From NCBI GenBank assembly GCA_964518565.1, contig CAZFGX010000001.1:905553-969552 (forward strand): a DNA stretch of 64,000 bases, given 5' to 3'. This stretch comes from an uncultured Gammaproteobacteria bacterium. Lineage in GTDB: Bacteria > Patescibacteriota > Microgenomatia > CAZETR01 > Amesbacteraceae. Positions within the stretch are counted from its first letter, which is position 1. The number at the start of each line of letters is the position of its first letter. Under the pieces are notes generated by a model that worked only from the letters and a program-made list of their open reading frames with translations, was not told the origin of the DNA and made no database searches. Below, piece after piece: positions 60,208 through 64,000 of the stretch. The translations under genes were made by a program, and so were the position numbers.

Positions 60208-60402
60208 TTACTTACTAGTCCAAGCAAAAAAATGAGTTATTAAAGTAAAACCGAGGGCAATCCATCCGACAATTGCTGGTAAAAATGCATTGCCAACCAG
60301 GTAGTGCTGCAATAAAATTGCCGCACCAAATCCTCCAACTGCGTGGGAAAGACTTGATAACATAACGTGCTTTGACCAATAATTTATAGGTTTTTCAATC
60401 AT
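60208..60402 (-). CDS. small two-TM protein (paralogue of 62091..62285)
   Basis: YWSKHVMLSSLSHAVGGFGAA; SD AAGGAGGTG. Confidence 0.78.
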   Translation of the reverse strand: MIEKPINYWSKHVMLSSLSHAVGGFGAAILLQHYLVGNAFLPAIVGWIALGFTLITHFFAWTSK

Positions 60403-60404
60403 TT

Positions 60405-60887
60405 TTATACACCTCCTTTCTTAATTTTATTTTTGTTATAATTTTTCAGTATTCTCCAGGAAATATATGTAGAGAAAATTGCTACGGTTATGCTTGTAAA
60501 TATATCAATCGGATGATGCACCTCTGCAAGTATCCGCGCAAAACCCACAAGTAATCCTAATAGAAATAAGACTGATCCTAAGCGTTTATTAAAAACGAAT
60601 ACTATCGAGGCAATACTCATCACAAGTAATGTGTGATCTGATGGAAATCCATTATTTGCTGCATGAGGAATAAGAGGCTTTACATGTTCGACTACGAAAG
60701 GTCGTGGATTATAGAACAACCTCCCAAGAATATTGGCAATAATAAAGGCAAGAGGTAAGGTAAGAAGCACTAATTTGAGGATATCTTTTCTTGCTGTTTG
60801 GTTTGTAAAAACTACTGCAGTGATTGCAATCAAAGTGATGACTATATAAAGATAATTTGCTAAAAGAATGATAATTGAGTTAATCAT
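60405..60887 (-). CDS. PAP2/BcrC-like undecaprenyl-diphosphatase
   Basis: NPRPF, FPSDH, ARILAEVHHPID. Confidence 0.88.
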   Translation of the reverse strand: MINSIIILLANYLYIVITLIAITAVVFTNQTARKDILKLVLLTLPLAFIIANILGRLFYNPRPFVVEHVKPLIPHAANNGFPSDHTLLVMSIASIVFVFNKRLGSVLFLLGLLVGFARILAEVHHPIDIFTSITVAIFSTYISWRILKNYNKNKIKKGGV

Positions 60888-62085
60888 AGTTCTTAAGAGT
60901 AATTGCCTCATCCGCAACTACTTTTCCCCATGTTTGCTTCATAAAAAAGAGAGCAAACGCATGAAGTTTCATCAGTTTCATAACTTGATTTCTTGCCCAT
61001 AATTCAAAGGGAGACCCTGGAACAACTGTACGCAGAAGCTTAATATTTTTCTGTTTTTGTTCTACAAATGGCCGAAGCTCTTTTTCATACGCTGGAAAAG
61101 CAATCTTGTAATCACCATCCGCTGCTTTTAGCTCGCCAGCGAGGATATATGCACCGACCATTGCCAACTGTGAGCCATAACCAGTAAGTAGGGTTGGACA
61201 GTATCCTGCATCTCCGACTAAAGCAACGCGTCCTTTTGACCAAGTATCCATCTGCACTTGACTGACAACGTCAAAGAAGAAATCCTTAGTTGTTTTCATG
61301 GATTCAAGCAAGCTTGGTATCTCCCATTCCTTCTCTGGAAATAATTCAGAAAGTAGCTGTTTTTGCCTCTCGGTATCATGGAAATCATATTTCAGTTGTG
61401 TTTCATGTCTCAGGGTAAAAACGGCTATAACCCCTCCCTCTTTCAAGTGGTAGAGTGTCACGCTTTTGCCAGGCATGGTATAAAAACTAACTTCCCCATA
61501 GCGCGATGGGTGATTGGGTATAGTAAATGCTGCAACATAATGCCCCATATACTGCTTGAAGCGTGATTCATCACCAAAGACAAGCGTACGTACTTCTGAA
61601 TGTAGCCCATCAGCTCCTATAACCAAATCGAATTTTCTGCTCTTGCCGCTTTCAAAGGTAGCGTTTACGTCCTCAGCATCTTCAGCAAGCTTCTTTATTG
61701 GATCTCCAAAAATGTAGTCAACAGTATCTTTTGTATAGTCATATAAAATCCGTGCCAAGTCGGCCCTTCGCATGTAGGTAATCTGCCGACCTGTAATTTC
61801 TTTTGTCAGCTCTCCCACATTCATGACTGATATGGGTTTATTGTCCTTATCAACAAAAGTCCATTGATACCCTTCAAACCGTTCTTTCTCTACCTGAGGC
61901 CACACACCCATTCGTTCAAGCACTTCGACCCCTCTTTTGCCATCCAGTCCAAAGATATATCCGCCTTGTCTGGGAACAGGTGATTTCTCAACTACAGTCG
62001 GGTTGAAGCCGTATTTTTTAAGCCAATAGGCAAGTGTTGGGCCAGCAATACCAGCTCCTGAGATGAGTATGTTTTTATTTGTCAT
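60880..62085 (-). CDS. FAD-dependent monooxygenase
   Basis: ILISGAGIAG, VIGADGLHS, ALVGDAGY. Confidence 0.93.
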   Translation of the reverse strand: MTNKNILISGAGIAGPTLAYWLKKYGFNPTVVEKSPVPRQGGYIFGLDGKRGVEVLERMGVWPQVEKERFEGYQWTFVDKDNKPISVMNVGELTKEITGRQITYMRRADLARILYDYTKDTVDYIFGDPIKKLAEDAEDVNATFESGKSRKFDLVIGADGLHSEVRTLVFGDESRFKQYMGHYVAAFTIPNHPSRYGEVSFYTMPGKSVTLYHLKEGGVIAVFTLRHETQLKYDFHDTERQKQLLSELFPEKEWEIPSLLESMKTTKDFFFDVVSQVQMDTWSKGRVALVGDAGYCPTLLTGYGSQLAMVGAYILAGELKAADGDYKIAFPAYEKELRPFVEQKQKNIKLLRTVVPGSPFELWARNQVMKLMKLHAFALFFMKQTWGKVVADEAITLKNYD

Positions 62086-62090
62086 ATTTT

Positions 62091-62285
62091 TCACTTACTC
62101 CTATGAGCGATTACATGAGTTATCAGGGTAAACCCGAGGGCTACCCACCCAACTACAACTGGCACGAATACATCACCAGCTATATAGTTCTGCAAAACCA
62201 CTGCTGCTCCAAAACCTCCGGCGGTATGGGACAAACTTGACAAAACAACATGCTTTGACCAATATTTAATAGCATTTTCAAACAT
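62091..62285 (-). CDS. small two-TM protein
   Basis: YWSKHVVLSSLSHTAGGFGAA; SD AAGGAGGTG. Confidence 0.78.
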   Translation of the reverse strand: MFENAIKYWSKHVVLSSLSHTAGGFGAAVVLQNYIAGDVFVPVVVGWVALGFTLITHVIAHRSK

Positions 62286-62302
62286 TTTTATTCACCTCCT
62301 TC

Positions 62303-63517
62303 CTATAACTTTTCATAGTCTTTTAAGACAAATGATTCACGAAACATTTTCCCATAAGTCATTCTTGCTACAGGGCGAGACAGTAAAGGCGAAGATAAAA
62401 GTTTTAATACATGATTTCTTATCCAGAGTAAAATAGCGCTATCTGGGACAAGTTGCATTCCTGTTCCTCGTGCTTCTTTTGTTTTTTGTTCTACAAAGGG
62501 CTTAAATTCTTGCTCGTATGCAGCAAAGGCGGTCTTATAATCACCGTCTGCTGCTTTGAGTTCTCCTGCCAATATATATGCTCCGATGAGAGATAAACTC
62601 ACACCCCATGCAGATAAAGGGGTGGGGTATCCTGCATCGCCAACAAGAACAACCCGACCTTTTGACCACTTGTCAATTTGAATAAGATTGGCTGAATCAA
62701 ACAGAAAATCCTGCACTTTCTTTGCTTGCTCAAGAATTTCTGGCATCGGCTTCCAGTGAAATTTTGAGAACTCTTCTGCAAACAATTTCTTTTGCGTATC
62801 AATATCGTGGTGATCAATTTTAAATTTTTCAGTTCGTCTAAAAACTGCGTAGACCATTGCGCGGTTATTGGCAAAGCCAAAGAGGGAGATAAATTTTCCA
62901 GGTGTGGTAAATGAGATGTTTGTCCCGATTTTTGTTGGGTAGTCTACCCAAAACGAAACTTGATAGTATCCCATGTAATGGGCTATGTGGGACTCTTCTC
63001 CAAAGACTAAAGAACGTACCTTTGAGTGAATACCATCTGCTCCTATAACAAGATCGAATCTCCTTGTTTTTCCGCTTTCCAATACAACCTCTACACTGTC
63101 TGTGTCTTCTTTCATTGATTGAATAGAGTCACCAAAAATATATTCCACATTTTCTTTTGTTTTGTCATATAAAATCTTGGCCAAATCCACTCTTAAAATC
63201 TGGGTTTGTGCTCGACTTGGGTCATCAAAAGTTTCTTTAAACATCCGCTCTATATCCACTTTTGCTGCAACTTCATTTGCTTCATTCATAAACAACATCT
63301 CTTTGGGACTATATTGTTTTTCTCTGACTTGATCCATGATACCCATTTGCTCTGCAACCTTTATGCCAGTCCCACGAAAATCGACTAAATATCCGCCTTC
63401 ACGAGGTTTAGGTGCATGTTCTACCACAGTAGGGTTAAACCCATACTTTTTGAGCCAATACGCCAAAGATGGGCCTGCAATACCTGCTCCTGAAATAAGA
63501 ATGTTTTTGTTTGTCAT
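62303..63517 (-). CDS. FAD-dependent monooxygenase, paralogue
   Basis: ILISGAGIAG, VIGADGIHS, VLVGDAGY. Confidence 0.93.
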   Translation of the reverse strand: MTNKNILISGAGIAGPSLAYWLKKYGFNPTVVEHAPKPREGGYLVDFRGTGIKVAEQMGIMDQVREKQYSPKEMLFMNEANEVAAKVDIERMFKETFDDPSRAQTQILRVDLAKILYDKTKENVEYIFGDSIQSMKEDTDSVEVVLESGKTRRFDLVIGADGIHSKVRSLVFGEESHIAHYMGYYQVSFWVDYPTKIGTNISFTTPGKFISLFGFANNRAMVYAVFRRTEKFKIDHHDIDTQKKLFAEEFSKFHWKPMPEILEQAKKVQDFLFDSANLIQIDKWSKGRVVLVGDAGYPTPLSAWGVSLSLIGAYILAGELKAADGDYKTAFAAYEQEFKPFVEQKTKEARGTGMQLVPDSAILLWIRNHVLKLLSSPLLSRPVARMTYGKMFRESFVLKDYEKL

Positions 63518-63518
63518 A

Positions 63519-64000
63519 CTATGATGCCCTACTTCGTAGTAGCCGAACGCCATTTAACACCACAAGCACTTCACCAAATTCATCAATAAATAATATGTGA
63601 CTAACAGATAACAGCATAAAGACTGCCAAAATCATCATGCTCACTTGTAGGACAGTTGAAAAGAGTAGGTTTTGTTTAACGATCTGCTTTGCATAATAGG
63701 AGAGGCGAATTGCTTCAGGAATTTTGCTTAAGTCATCACCCATGATGGCAACGTCGGCCGCTTCCAGTGCTGCGTCAGTTCCGGCTGTTCCCATTGCCAT
63801 ACCCACAGAGCTTTCCGCAAGAGCCGGCGCATCATTAATGCCATCACCAACCATGACTACATGACCATATTTCTTTTTCAACTCCTTAATTTTTTCTACT
63901 TTTTGATCTGGCTTGAGTTCAGCAAAAATCGTATCTACCCCAAGTGACCTACCTATCTGTTCTCCAACTAAGGTATGGTCACCAGTAAGCATGACTGTTT
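63519..64000 (-). CDS. C-terminus of a P1B heavy-metal-translocating ATPase (partial)
   Basis: MLTGD, PDQK, MVGDGINDAPAL, EVLVVLNGVRLL. Confidence 0.92.
   Translation of the reverse strand, partial: TVMLTGDHTLVGEQIGRSLGVDTIFAELKPDQKVEKIKELKKKYGHVVMVGDGINDAPALAESSVGMAMGTAGTDAALEAADVAIMGDDLSKIPEAIRLSYYAKQIVKQNLLFSTVLQVSMMILAVFMLLSVSHILFIDEFGEVLVVLNGVRLLRSRAS

Larger units (their letters stand above)
57925..64000. mobile_element. putative genomic island with a large serine recombinase (extends past the window)
   Basis: Starts at a tRNA 3' end; strong C-rich skew is lost; recombinase plus duplicated cargo genes. Confidence 0.6.

Overview
Bacterial chromosomal DNA using genetic code 11, most likely Patescibacteria/CPR (Microgenomates-like). 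This is inferred from the compact, mostly leaderless genes, DUF4012, many short orphans and a plus strand that is C/A-rich throughout. Core genes are gpmI, eno, an NrtR-like regulator, a DEAD-box helicase, mscL, rpoD, dnaG, a galE-like gene and trhO. There are seven tRNA genes, including a tRNA-Asn(GTT) split by a 190-nt group I intron, a tRNA-Arg(GCG) and a very unusual tRNA-Ser(ACT). The window also holds a VOC/DUF1801 stress-gene scatter, a CarS-like + Pcs-like lipid pair, an AT-rich glycosylation island and, from about 57.9 kb, a serine-recombinase island. The strongest unexplained signal is a set of six or seven dispersed minus-strand orphan operons (9.4-29.3 kb) with a shared design: a CCTATAGT box at a sigma70 promoter, a leader hairpin directly followed by a boxA-like 12-mer, strong Shine-Dalgarno sites, tandem paralogous orphan genes (three families plus a serpin-like protein) and a mostly GNRA-capped intrinsic terminator. 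All product calls come from motif recognition by eye; no searches were run.
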